From positions 32,012 to 96,011 of the forward strand of contig JBNKKI010000050.1 of assembly GCA_050291745.1 (NCBI GenBank): DNA of 64,000 nucleotides, read 5' to 3'. The notes under the pieces were generated by a model. That model ran no database searches. It was not told the DNA's origin and saw only the letters and a program-made list of their open reading frames with translations. This document shows, piece by piece, positions 31,752-40,213 of the stretch. Numbering within the stretch: the stretch's first letter is position 1; the number at the start of each line of letters is the position of its first letter. The position numbers and the translations under genes were made by a program. This stretch comes from Gammaproteobacteria bacterium (GTDB lineage Bacteria; Pseudomonadota; Gammaproteobacteria; GCA-001735895).

Positions 31752-32321
31752 TTAAAGCGAGTAGTAATCCTCAGGCGCAATAAATTTTAATGTATCAATC
31801 CCACAGGATTCAATATGAGTTCGAATTTTTTCGTGGACTAGAATTTCAAAGTTCTCTGCTAATCGGAAAATATATAAACCATGAATTTTTGATTCATCCA
31901 GCACCAGATTCTTGATACTGCTATCACCGATGAAGTCACCATCATAACTACTGATATCCGAGGCTGAGATATCAGTCGCTGAAATTAAACCAAGGAGTTT
32001 AAAGGCGAAGTAGGGATACCTCTGATCGGTTAGCGTATTTCTTAATTCGACAGGATGATAAATAATATTGTCTACGCCAGCTCCAATAAGTGCCGTGTGT
32101 AAACGATCTGACATTAACGGGACATTGGAATCAGATATTTCATCAGGCTCTCCCTGATAACCATCAAAAGGAACCACATCGATAACCACCTTATCGGGTG
32201 GTTCAGCAGCTTCCAGGCGTCCAATACCCCAATTCATAAAATCATCATAATGATCACCATCTTCGATTTCCATATAACCAGTACCAGCTGGTCGATCATT
32301 ATATTTCATAATATAGTACAT
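31752..32321 (-). CDS. Imm11/DUF1629-like immunity protein
   Basis: Acidic; PLMSDRLHTALIGAGVDNI, LVLDESKIHGLYIFRLAE...ILVHEKI pattern recalled from this family. Confidence 0.6.
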   Translation of the reverse strand: MYYIMKYNDRPAGTGYMEIEDGDHYDDFMNWGIGRLEAAEPPDKVVIDVVPFDGYQGEPDEISDSNVPLMSDRLHTALIGAGVDNIIYHPVELRNTLTDQRYPYFAFKLLGLISATDISASDISSYDGDFIGDSSIKNLVLDESKIHGLYIFRLAENFEILVHEKIRTHIESCGIDTLKFIAPEDYYSL

Positions 32322-32433
32322 AGATTTTACCTTCAGATAATAACTATTCGTTTTACAAAAAATTCCCTTAAAGTACTACTATGCATCACTTAGCGAAGTC
32401 ATATCAATTTATTCGGCATCCTTCAAATTTTTA

Positions 32434-32796
32434 TTATCTATTACCAGAATTAAACACAAATTCATACCTTCTTTTAATCATTGACGGGAATAAAAATAAG
32501 GTCAAAACTGAAATATAACCCCACCATGATTGTACAAAATCAAATATTTCAATCAGCCAGATTATGTTTTTAGTTAACTCCAGCTCATGTAGTGCAGGAA
32601 CAATAAAAACTAAAGCAGCATAAACAGGTGTAAATGAGCCTGGTACTAATACCCAAACGATAAAATTTATGCCATAAACTGAACTAAGAAACAAAATTTT
32701 GTTATCTAATCTTTTATAAAAAGCAAAAATTACTGGAAAAGAAAATGCCATCAAAAGCACTGAAAAATATATCACTATTAATATATTTTCAATCAC
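32434..32796 (-). CDS. Hypothetical membrane protein
   Basis: 120-aa hydrophobic ORF, very AT-rich, coupled to the upstream ORF. Confidence 0.65.
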   Translation of the reverse strand: MIENILIVIYFSVLLMAFSFPVIFAFYKRLDNKILFLSSVYGINFIVWVLVPGSFTPVYAALVFIVPALHELELTKNIIWLIEIFDFVQSWWGYISVLTLFLFPSMIKRRYEFVFNSGNR

Positions 32797-33017
32797 TTAG
32801 CGACCTTTAAATTTTGATAAATTCTTTTAAGAAGATATAAATTAAACCACGAAAATATAAATAAAATACCGCCTATTAAACCCATCTTAAAACTAATGTC
32901 TGAATAGGCTTCAAATATAGACGAATCAATAGAAACAGGGTAATCGACAGCTAAGAATCCCAGGCAGGTAGAAAAGAAAAAGCCATAGCAAAATAATCTA
33001 AATATTAACCAAATCAT
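32793..33017 (-). CDS. Hypothetical two-TM protein
   Basis: 74-aa ORF with two hydrophobic segments. Confidence 0.55.
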   Translation of the reverse strand: MIWLIFRLFCYGFFFSTCLGFLAVDYPVSIDSSIFEAYSDISFKMGLIGGILFIFSWFNLYLLKRIYQNLKVAK

Positions 33018-33035
33018 AGTTTATACAATGCGCAG

Positions 33036-33542
33036 TTACATACCCAGAAAATCTAATAGCGCATGGACGCTTTCGTCAATAGATTTCCCGGCAGTATCAA
33101 TCACAATCCGGTCACTATTCCATGAATGATATTCTCTATTTTCCACTTCTTCCCAGGTTGGGAGTTTTAGTCCCTGTCCCCTTAATAATCGATTTTCAAC
33201 TCTTTGTTTGTGTTCAGACAAATCCGAACAAATTATCTCAATATTTTCAAAGTCTGTCTTAGATTTGACTGCCACTTCATTCCATTCTGAGCGGGTCAGA
33301 TTAATTGGGTTGCAGCTATCAGCTATGACGCTTAATCCCAATTTGAGATTATCCTGAGCCACTCGATATAATAATCTATAACCTTCACCTTCAACTTTAA
33401 CATTGCACAGATCCCTTAATCCCTGTTCAACGGTATCAACTCTCAAGTACACAAAACCTGTAATTTTTGATAACTCCTGAGCTAAGGTAGATTTTCCTGA
33501 ACCAGGCAAACCCGAGAATATATATAATGCTGGTTTACTCAT
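33036..33542 (-). CDS. P-loop kinase (AAA_33 type)
   Basis: FSGLPGSGKSTLA, VIADSCNP, LPTWEEV; start set at MSKP. Confidence 0.85.
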   Translation of the reverse strand: MSKPALYIFSGLPGSGKSTLAQELSKITGFVYLRVDTVEQGLRDLCNVKVEGEGYRLLYRVAQDNLKLGLSVIADSCNPINLTRSEWNEVAVKSKTDFENIEIICSDLSEHKQRVENRLLRGQGLKLPTWEEVENREYHSWNSDRIVIDTAGKSIDESVHALLDFLGM

Positions 33543-33927
33543 ACTGTTTATGATTTGAGTTAGATATCCAGATTTTATAATAGGCAACAGCAAGCAAAGC
33601 TTCTGTCACAACAGCCGGTAAAATTCCAAATCCCACAAAATTTCGTGCGAGCTCAAACAAACCTAACATCGCCATGGCCGACATAGAAATTGACATGCCA
33701 ATACAAATAGCTTGCCTGGACTCTGAATGTAAAGCATTTCGGCCAACCCAGGAAAAAACAGCAATACCTAAGAATAGCATTGCAGCCCTTCTGGAAATAA
33801 AGAATGCTGACTCATTTTCCTGTACCTGAAATAGTAAAAAAATAATTTCAGGTATAAATAAAAGAAGCAAAAACAGTGTAAAAGTAATAATCGCAGTTAT
33901 GCTACTGAGTTTCTTAAATTCAATCAT
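33535..33927 (-). CDS. Hypothetical four-TM protein
   Basis: 130-aa hydrophobic ORF with RBS, RRAAMLFLG. Confidence 0.7.
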   Translation of the reverse strand: MIEFKKLSSITAIITFTLFLLLLFIPEIIFLLFQVQENESAFFISRRAAMLFLGIAVFSWVGRNALHSESRQAICIGMSISMSAMAMLGLFELARNFVGFGILPAVVTEALLAVAYYKIWISNSNHKQYE

Positions 33928-33996
33928 TGTATTCCCTGCCTGAGTTATACCCTATAAGATATTTTCGATTCGCTTGAACAGCGATAAAAATATCAG

Positions 33997-34515
33997 TTAA
34001 TTGTATTTTTCGTTCCATGCTTTCCAATTAGCAAACTGTTCAGAATTATTAAGAAGTTTATTCGCTGCGCTTTCCAGTTCAAGCATATGGTCACCTGGAT
34101 CAGTACTCATGACAGTTAGAAAAACTGTATCAGGAATTACTCCTTCCTGTTTCAATTCGTAAAGTGCAGTGACAAATGAGTTAAAAGTGAGATCAACTAA
34201 TTGTTCAAACTTATCTTCGTATTGTTCGTCATATTGCCTTTCCACACGCGCCATAATCAATTCATAAGCAGGGTCGAAAAGACGATCATTATCCGTGAGC
34301 CTCCACTCAACTGGAGAATACCTGAACTCTGCATGATTATCAGACCATTTTTCTGTGCTTGCCATATGATAGATTGTCATAACACTATCATCAGTACAAA
34401 GAGCAAAACCATTTAAACCCTCATCTCTATATCTATGTTGAAGATTTATAAAGGTCTCCCTGGAAGCCGATTTTACAAGATTTTTTAATTGATCGAAGTC
34501 TATAATATCTAACAT
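33997..34515 (-). CDS. DUF4303-like (immunity-type) protein
   Basis: GFALCTDDSVMTI, RYSPVEW, ALYELKQEG, KLLN. Confidence 0.7.
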   Translation of the reverse strand: MLDIIDFDQLKNLVKSASRETFINLQHRYRDEGLNGFALCTDDSVMTIYHMASTEKWSDNHAEFRYSPVEWRLTDNDRLFDPAYELIMARVERQYDEQYEDKFEQLVDLTFNSFVTALYELKQEGVIPDTVFLTVMSTDPGDHMLELESAANKLLNNSEQFANWKAWNEKYN

Positions 34516-34552
34516 AGTTTATATCATGGTGACGACTAAAGATTGAAACAGT

Positions 34553-35059
34553 CTAGTTTGAATTTGTAAGCTGAGTATTAATCACCTCCAGTATTTGATC
34601 AATCGAGGTTTCTCCATATCCGCTTTGTTGAAATATCAACTTACCGGTCTTATCGACAATAAATAAATGAGGTACTCCTTCAACACCAAATTTTCTGGCA
34701 ATTTTTCCTCGCCTATCCTGAGTTAAGGTCAATGAAAAGGATGATAATTTTTTTCTTATATCCTTGAATTTCAAACGACTTTGCCGGTAATTTATGGCGA
34801 CGACTTTTATGTTATCTTTTCCCAGTTTATTCTGGATATTTTCTAACACCGGTAATTCCTTTAAACAGGGATTACACCATGTTGCCCAAAAAGAAATAAT
34901 AACCAGTTTTCCCTTATTGGAACTCAGTGTTACCTCTTCATCAAAACGGTCTTGACCTAGATAGTCAGGAGGGATATCTCCAATATTTAATTTAGCTATA
35001 GCATTCGCTGACTGCGTTGATAAAACAAACAGATAAAATATAAATATTACATTTTTCAA
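34553..35059 (-). CDS. TlpA-like thiol-disulfide reductase
   Basis: GKLVIISFWATWCNPCLKELP, FGVEGVPH; probable TTG start after AAGGGA. Confidence 0.87.
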   Translation of the reverse strand: MKNVIFIFYLFVLSTQSANAIAKLNIGDIPPDYLGQDRFDEEVTLSSNKGKLVIISFWATWCNPCLKELPVLENIQNKLGKDNIKVVAINYRQSRLKFKDIRKKLSSFSLTLTQDRRGKIARKFGVEGVPHLFIVDKTGKLIFQQSGYGETSIDQILEVINTQLTNSN

Positions 35060-35142
35060 AATATTGATTCCCTTTGATTGGATGAAAAAAGTTATGGATA
35101 TTCTGTTTACCATTCATAAACTAAGCTGCGATAGTTGCATGC

Positions 35143-35430
35143 TTAACCATGAACTCTATGTAACGCAATAACTTTCCCGTTTTTTATTTCTATCACTAAA
35201 TATTCTCGACCATAGCGTAAGAAAGTATGATCAGGCGGAATATGATAAGGGTGTAAATTTTTGGAAACCAGGTTCAAAAAGCTGGCGTCTGGAACATTAA
35301 AAGCAGGATAACGACTGTAAAGCTCTTCCGTCGATAGCCCCACTACCATATCTTCAGTTATTTTAGTTTCAGAATATGCCATCGTCATAGAGAAACTCAA
35401 TAAAATGCCTAATAGTAATATTTTTACCAT
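35143..35430 (-). CDS. Hypothetical exported protein
   Basis: 95-aa ORF with a signal-peptide-like N-terminus and RBS. Confidence 0.6.
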   Translation of the reverse strand: MVKILLLGILLSFSMTMAYSETKITEDMVVGLSTEELYSRYPAFNVPDASFLNLVSKNLHPYHIPPDHTFLRYGREYLVIEIKNGKVIALHRVHG

Positions 35431-35472
35431 TTCTGATACCTTCGAATCTGTTTTTAGTCACAAAAATATTGA

Positions 35473-36123
35473 CTAATCCTGCTGCATCATTGGTTTAAAA
35501 AAGCCTGTTGCAAAAGCCACAGCTTCAACTAAGGTAAATATCTCACGATTTTCACTGTCTTCATTTAACCAGTCACTGGCAGTTTTAGCATCTTTTAAAA
35601 ATAACATTTCGGTACAAAGACTATCAGCACAACTACAGCATGAACTTGCGGCCAGCCAGTTCATGCCAAAATGTACATCAGCGACTTCATCCTGATTTTC
35701 AATAAGCTGATTATTCAATTTAATATGCACTGGCTCCGCTGTAACAGCACATTCTGATAGGACTTCACTACGGGTTTCAAACATAGAACTGGGGGCTAAT
35801 GCATCCATCGCACACATTGCATAAACTTCATTACCATTAATCTTAATCCGATGAACCCGTTGTTCCATGGTGAAAGGATAACAACCCTTCACTTCCCCTT
35901 GTTCACTCAGAGTGATCATATCCTGGCTTGCTAATTGTTCTACTATCTGCCGGGCATGACTACTGGAGGTTTTTAGCTCATCAATGGTAGGAGGTCTACC
36001 TGATTCATAAAAACCATTAACTATTGCCAGATAAATAGAGGCTGAGTCAACATCCATATCATCAAGACGTTTTTTAATCGGTAATACATTTTGTAACTTG
36101 GTTATCGCCTGAGCTACTTTCAT
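35473..36123 (-). CDS. Alkylmercury lyase (MerB) family protein
   Basis: YAMCAMDAL, SECAVTAEPV, SLCTEMLF align by eye with the MerB Cys/Asp motifs. Confidence 0.75.
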   Translation of the reverse strand: MKVAQAITKLQNVLPIKKRLDDMDVDSASIYLAIVNGFYESGRPPTIDELKTSSSHARQIVEQLASQDMITLSEQGEVKGCYPFTMEQRVHRIKINGNEVYAMCAMDALAPSSMFETRSEVLSECAVTAEPVHIKLNNQLIENQDEVADVHFGMNWLAASSCCSCADSLCTEMLFLKDAKTASDWLNEDSENREIFTLVEAVAFATGFFKPMMQQD

Positions 36124-36263
36124 ATTGAATCCCTGTTAAAAACATTCAGACTACATGATATTCAATTCAGTTAGAAACATCAAAAGTTAATAAAATACTA
36201 AAATTGACTTGAAAATCCGCCAGGCATATCAATATTTAAAGCGCAGGGTATGAAATGAATAAT

Positions 36264-36443
36264 CCTGGAAAAATCAATTGAACGTGAAAAAGATGTGTAA
36301 CAGATTGATTTCATCAGCTGCATTAAGGTATTACGTAGATTTTCATGATTAACTGATTTTTCCAGGATTATACACATCAACTGTCATGGTTTAGGAAACA
36401 GTGGATTAACTTTTATTGCGAGCGCTCAACTGCGGAATCTAGG
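36264..36443. mobile_element. Short family A copy (36264-36366) fused to the right part of family B (36367-36443)
   Basis: cctggaaaaatcaattg...aactgatttttccagg followed by attatacacatcaactgt...gcggaatctagg. Confidence 0.88.
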
Positions 36444-36448
36444 TTCAA

Positions 36449-36683
36449 CCTAGAATCCGCAGTTGGACGAGCTGATTGTGCGTTTGAGGTGGTGTAGATC
36501 AAGGCGTAACGACGCGGAATAGCCAGCTATTGCAAGGAGTTACAACGAAGAGATACGCCGCCTCAAAAGTGCAATTCAGTTCGTAGCGGGATTCACCGAT
36601 TGGGTGATTATACAGATCAACTGTCATGGTTTATAAAACAGTGGATTAACTTTTATTGCGAGCGCTCAACTGCGGAATCTAGG
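36449..36683. mobile_element. MITE family B, complete 235-bp copy
   Basis: TIR CCTAGAATCCGCAGTTG / CAACTGCGGAATCTAGG with a TTCAA direct repeat on both sides. Confidence 0.9.
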
Positions 36684-36737
36684 TTCAACGATTACTATCT
36701 GTTAGAATTCTCTTTTTTATTGAATATTCATTAACTT

Positions 36738-36998
36738 ATGTCTCGACTTACTATCTACAGTACCGGCAGCTGTCCTATCTGTGAACAAAGTAAAAAATTA
36801 TTACAAAAATGGCAAATAGCTTATTCAGAAATACGACTGGACCAGGATTCTTCCGAACATCGTCGTTTTGCCGAACTGACTAATGGCGCTCGCATGGTGC
36901 CGCAATTTCTGATCGATGGAAAATGGATCGGTGGTTTTACTGAATTAACCGAAATGCACATGGAAGATGAACTTGATGAATTAATGGAGTCAAATTAA
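36738..36998 (+). CDS. Glutaredoxin
   Basis: CPIC, VPQ, IGGF. Confidence 0.88.
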   Translation: MSRLTIYSTGSCPICEQSKKLLQKWQIAYSEIRLDQDSSEHRRFAELTNGARMVPQFLIDGKWIGGFTELTEMHMEDELDELMESN

Positions 36999-36999
36999 T

Positions 37000-37332
37000 A
37001 TGGCTGAAAAAATTAAAACTATTTTTCGTATTCTTTTTTATAATCAGGATAAAGTTTACGAACTATATGCTCATGAAGTTAGTCAGGCGAGTATGATGGG
37101 ATTTATTGAAATTGGTGGGATTATCTTTGGTGAAAGATCGAAACTATTAGTAGATCCGGCTGAAGAAAAGCTTAAATCCGAATTTGGCGATATAAAACAC
37201 ACTTACATACCACACCATTCAATTATTCGTATCGATGAAGTAAATAAGGAAGGAAAAAATAAAATTCATGATACTAATGGCTCCCGGATAAGCGTGTTAC
37301 CCGGTTCTCAATTCAATCAACCTCCTCACTAA
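37000..37332 (+). CDS. DUF1820 family protein
   Basis: KVYELYA, GFIEI, LVDPAEEKLKSEF, IIRIDEV. Confidence 0.85.
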   Translation: MAEKIKTIFRILFYNQDKVYELYAHEVSQASMMGFIEIGGIIFGERSKLLVDPAEEKLKSEFGDIKHTYIPHHSIIRIDEVNKEGKNKIHDTNGSRISVLPGSQFNQPPH

Positions 37333-37334
37333 CA

Positions 37335-38165
37335 TTGGACATCAGTGTCATCATTCCGACCTACAACAGGGAAAAAACTATTGTCAGGGCGGTTAATTCG
37401 GTTGTTAATCAAAGTTCTCCCGTTAATGAAATTATCGTCGTCGATGATGGCTCGAATGACAACACTGTTGAGATTATTCGCCAGCAATTTCCTGCTATAA
37501 AACTGGTCCAGCAAGCAAACCAGGGAGTAAGTTCAGCTAGAAATACAGGATTAAAACTGGCCACTTCAAACTGGATAGCTTTGCTCGATTCTGATGATGA
37601 ATGGTTAACCGATAAAATAAAAATCATACGAGAGCTACAGAAATCTAATCCACAGGAAGTTTTATTTCATTCTGATGAAATCTGGATTCGCAATGGCACA
37701 CGGGTTAATCCAATGAACAAACATAGCAAATATGGGGGTAATATCTTTCAATACTGTTTACCGCTTTGCGTTATCTCCCCATCTGCTGTTGTCATACAGA
37801 GATCTATTTTTGATCAGATAGGCTTGTTTAATGAGAATCTACCAGCCTGTGAGGACTATGATTTATGGTTACGCCTGTGCCATCGTTTCGAAGTATTCTA
37901 CATCGATCAGCCATTAATAAAAAAATACGGTGGACATGAGGATCAACTGTCCAGAAAATACTGGGGAATGGATCGCTTTCGAATAAAAGCACTGCATGAA
38001 TTAATCTCTTTACCTTCTTTAAAGGCTGATCAAAAAGAACAGACTATCAACATGCTAGTAAAAAAATTGAGAATTCTGATTAAAGGCGCTCACAAGCATA
38101 ATAACCAGCAAATATTGGATGAGTTTACGCCACTTTTAGAGGTTTACGAAAACTCAACATGTTAA
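37335..38165 (+). CDS. GT2 glycosyltransferase
   Basis: ISVIIPTYNR, VVDDGS, LDSDD, CEDYDLWLR. Confidence 0.92.
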   Translation: MDISVIIPTYNREKTIVRAVNSVVNQSSPVNEIIVVDDGSNDNTVEIIRQQFPAIKLVQQANQGVSSARNTGLKLATSNWIALLDSDDEWLTDKIKIIRELQKSNPQEVLFHSDEIWIRNGTRVNPMNKHSKYGGNIFQYCLPLCVISPSAVVIQRSIFDQIGLFNENLPACEDYDLWLRLCHRFEVFYIDQPLIKKYGGHEDQLSRKYWGMDRFRIKALHELISLPSLKADQKEQTINMLVKKLRILIKGAHKHNNQQILDEFTPLLEVYENSTC

Positions 38166-38758
38166 TCTGGGTAACCGCCTTACATTGCGAAGCTAAACCA
38201 CTGATAGATTTTTACAGACTTAAGAAATCTTCCCAGAAAAACGATTTTGATATCTATCAAAATCAACAAATATTCTGTGTAGTCAGTGGCATAGGTGCAA
38301 ATAAAATGAGCCGTGCAATAACCTGGGTAAATAAATTGTTCAATGCACAGAAAGACTGTCGCTGGATAAATCTGGGGATAGCAGGACACAAAAATCTCCC
38401 AATCGGCACCACTGTTTTAATCAATCAGGCAACACAGGCTGGAAGTAACAAAAGCATTTCCAGCATCACTGAAATCAGTCATGAATTCGAAACCAGACCT
38501 GTAATCAGTCAAATAGCTGAAAACACTGACTATGACGAGATTTCGGTATTCGACATGGAAGCTTTCAGCTTTTTTTTAACAGCCCAGGCTTTATCAGCAA
38601 TCAATTTATGCCAGAGCATCAAAATCATTAGTGACAATAGAGTCAGCCCACCAACTCGTGACAAAGCCTTTATCAGTCAATTGATTGCAAAAAATATGCG
38701 GGAGATTGCATTATTCGCAGGTCAGTTAAAGCACGAAGCCTGTTCAAAAACACCTTAA
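38159..38758 (+). CDS. Nucleoside phosphorylase-like protein
   Basis: ALHCEAKPLI, SGIG, INLGIAG, DMEA, KIISD. Confidence 0.7.
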   Translation: MLIWVTALHCEAKPLIDFYRLKKSSQKNDFDIYQNQQIFCVVSGIGANKMSRAITWVNKLFNAQKDCRWINLGIAGHKNLPIGTTVLINQATQAGSNKSISSITEISHEFETRPVISQIAENTDYDEISVFDMEAFSFFLTAQALSAINLCQSIKIISDNRVSPPTRDKAFISQLIAKNMREIALFAGQLKHEACSKTP

Positions 38759-38830
38759 CTTTAAGCTTCTGCTTTATTCACTTTTCTGCTATTTTGAGAT
38801 TTATATTTGTAATCACATAAAATCCATGAT

Positions 38831-39041
38831 CCTGGAAAAATCAGTTGAACGTGAAAAAGATGCGTAACAGATTGATGTGCCTGGTCTAAGCCAGGGATGG
38901 CTGTAGGTAGAGCAATGCAGGCGCAATTGCCGGCAAATCAAAAACACCGTAGTCAGCTGATTGGTGAAGACTGTGTTTTTGATTTTATCAGCTACATTAA
39001 GGTGTTTCGTAGACTTTCATGATTCAACTGATTTTTCCAGG
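38831..39041. mobile_element. MITE family A, long copy with an extra internal module
   Basis: TIR cctggaaaaatcagttgaa / ttcaactgatttttccagg; extra segment ccagggatggctgtaggtagagcaatgcaggcgcaattgcc absent from the 22601 copy. Confidence 0.9.
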
Positions 39042-39127
39042 ATTATTTATACCGGGCTGATCTCGGGAATTAATGTGATCCACTACGGTCTCATATCCAT
39101 TCATTTTTAATTTTAGAGGAATTAGTT

Positions 39128-39856
39128 TTGCGTTTTTTTATCGGATTATATTTATTATTATCACTGGCATCTGCCAGTGCTGCTGGACTCGAAATCAAAG
39201 AACTTCAAAAAGGAGATGGCGCTATTGCCCAGACAGGAGATACGGTTTCAGTTCACTATACCGGCTGGTTAATGAATGGTAAAAAGTTTGATTCAAGTCT
39301 TGATCGCAAAAAACCTTTTCAGTTTGAAATCGGTGCAGGACGCGTTATCAAAGGTTGGGAACAGGGCGTTGCCGGTATGCAAGTCGGTGGCAAACGTCAA
39401 CTCATCATTCCTGCAGAGCTTGCTTATGGGAGTCGGGAAGTCGGTGGTGGACTGATACCGGCCAATTCAACCCTGAAATTTGATATTGAATTACTTTCAA
39501 TTATTGAACCACCATATACAAATATAAATAATGCTGAACTCAAAAAAATGCTAGGCGAGGGCGTTAAAATATATGACATTCGCCGCGAAGAAGAGTGGAA
39601 AAAAACCGGTGTCGTTGCTGGTAGCCGGAAATTAACGCTGTTTGATGCAAAAGGGGGACAGAATATGGATTTCATACCTACTTTTTCCCGGGAAATTAAA
39701 AAGGATGAGCCGGTAATTCTTATCTGTAGAACTGGAAATCGCACCAAAATTGCTGCTCAGTATTTTGCTCAGAAACTTGGTTTCACAAAAATCTATAATG
39801 TAAAAGAAGGTATTACCAGATGGATAAGCGAAGGTAATCCGGTAGAAAAATTTTAA
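39128..39856 (+). CDS. Exported FKBP-type PPIase fused to a rhodanese-like domain
   Basis: Signal peptide; VHYTGWL, FDSS, VIKGW, LAYG, IPANSTL; then DIRREEEW...LICRTGNR...GITRW. Confidence 0.9.
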   Translation: MRFFIGLYLLLSLASASAAGLEIKELQKGDGAIAQTGDTVSVHYTGWLMNGKKFDSSLDRKKPFQFEIGAGRVIKGWEQGVAGMQVGGKRQLIIPAELAYGSREVGGGLIPANSTLKFDIELLSIIEPPYTNINNAELKKMLGEGVKIYDIRREEEWKKTGVVAGSRKLTLFDAKGGQNMDFIPTFSREIKKDEPVILICRTGNRTKIAAQYFAQKLGFTKIYNVKEGITRWISEGNPVEKF

Positions 39857-39859
39857 TCT

Positions 39860-40162
39860 AGAAACCTCTGATTAATATTACTTGATTTAACCTGGAAAAA
39901 TCAGTTCAGCGTGAAAAGATGCGTAACCCTAGAATCCGCAGTTGGACGAGCTGATTGTGCGTTTGAGGTTGTGTAGATCAAGGCGTAACGACGCGGAATA
40001 GCGAGCTATTCCAAGGAGTTACAACGAAGAGATACGCCGCCTCAAACCTGCAATTCAGTTCGTAGCGGGATTCACCGATTGGGTGATTATACACATCAAC
40101 TGTAATCGTTTATGAAACAGTGGGTTAATCTCTATTGCGAGCGGTCAACTGCGGAATCTAGG
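39860..40162. mobile_element. Nested repeat cluster: family C end (39860-39876), truncated family A (39891-39927), complete family B (39928-40162)
   Basis: Direct sequence matches to 62951, 22602 and 36449 respectively. Confidence 0.88.
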
Positions 40163-40213
40163 TTAAAAAACGATATTTATTAAATAGAAATTTTAAAGTG
40201 AGAGAGACTAGTT

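Noticed and set aside
33930-33997. Intact attC site
   Set aside because: A hairpin is present but there is no complementary RYYYAAC / GTTRRRY pair
36198-36380. Short ORFs at 36198-36380, 12097-12330, 12350-12583, 20163-20390 and 63383-63589
   Set aside because: They are translations of MITE sequence (shared SRSTDFSRIIH / NLEKS peptides) or overlap real genes
36367-36688. Tandem repeats as a possible CRISPR array
   Set aside because: Units are 77-235 bp with terminal inverted repeats, there are no unique spacers and no cas genes
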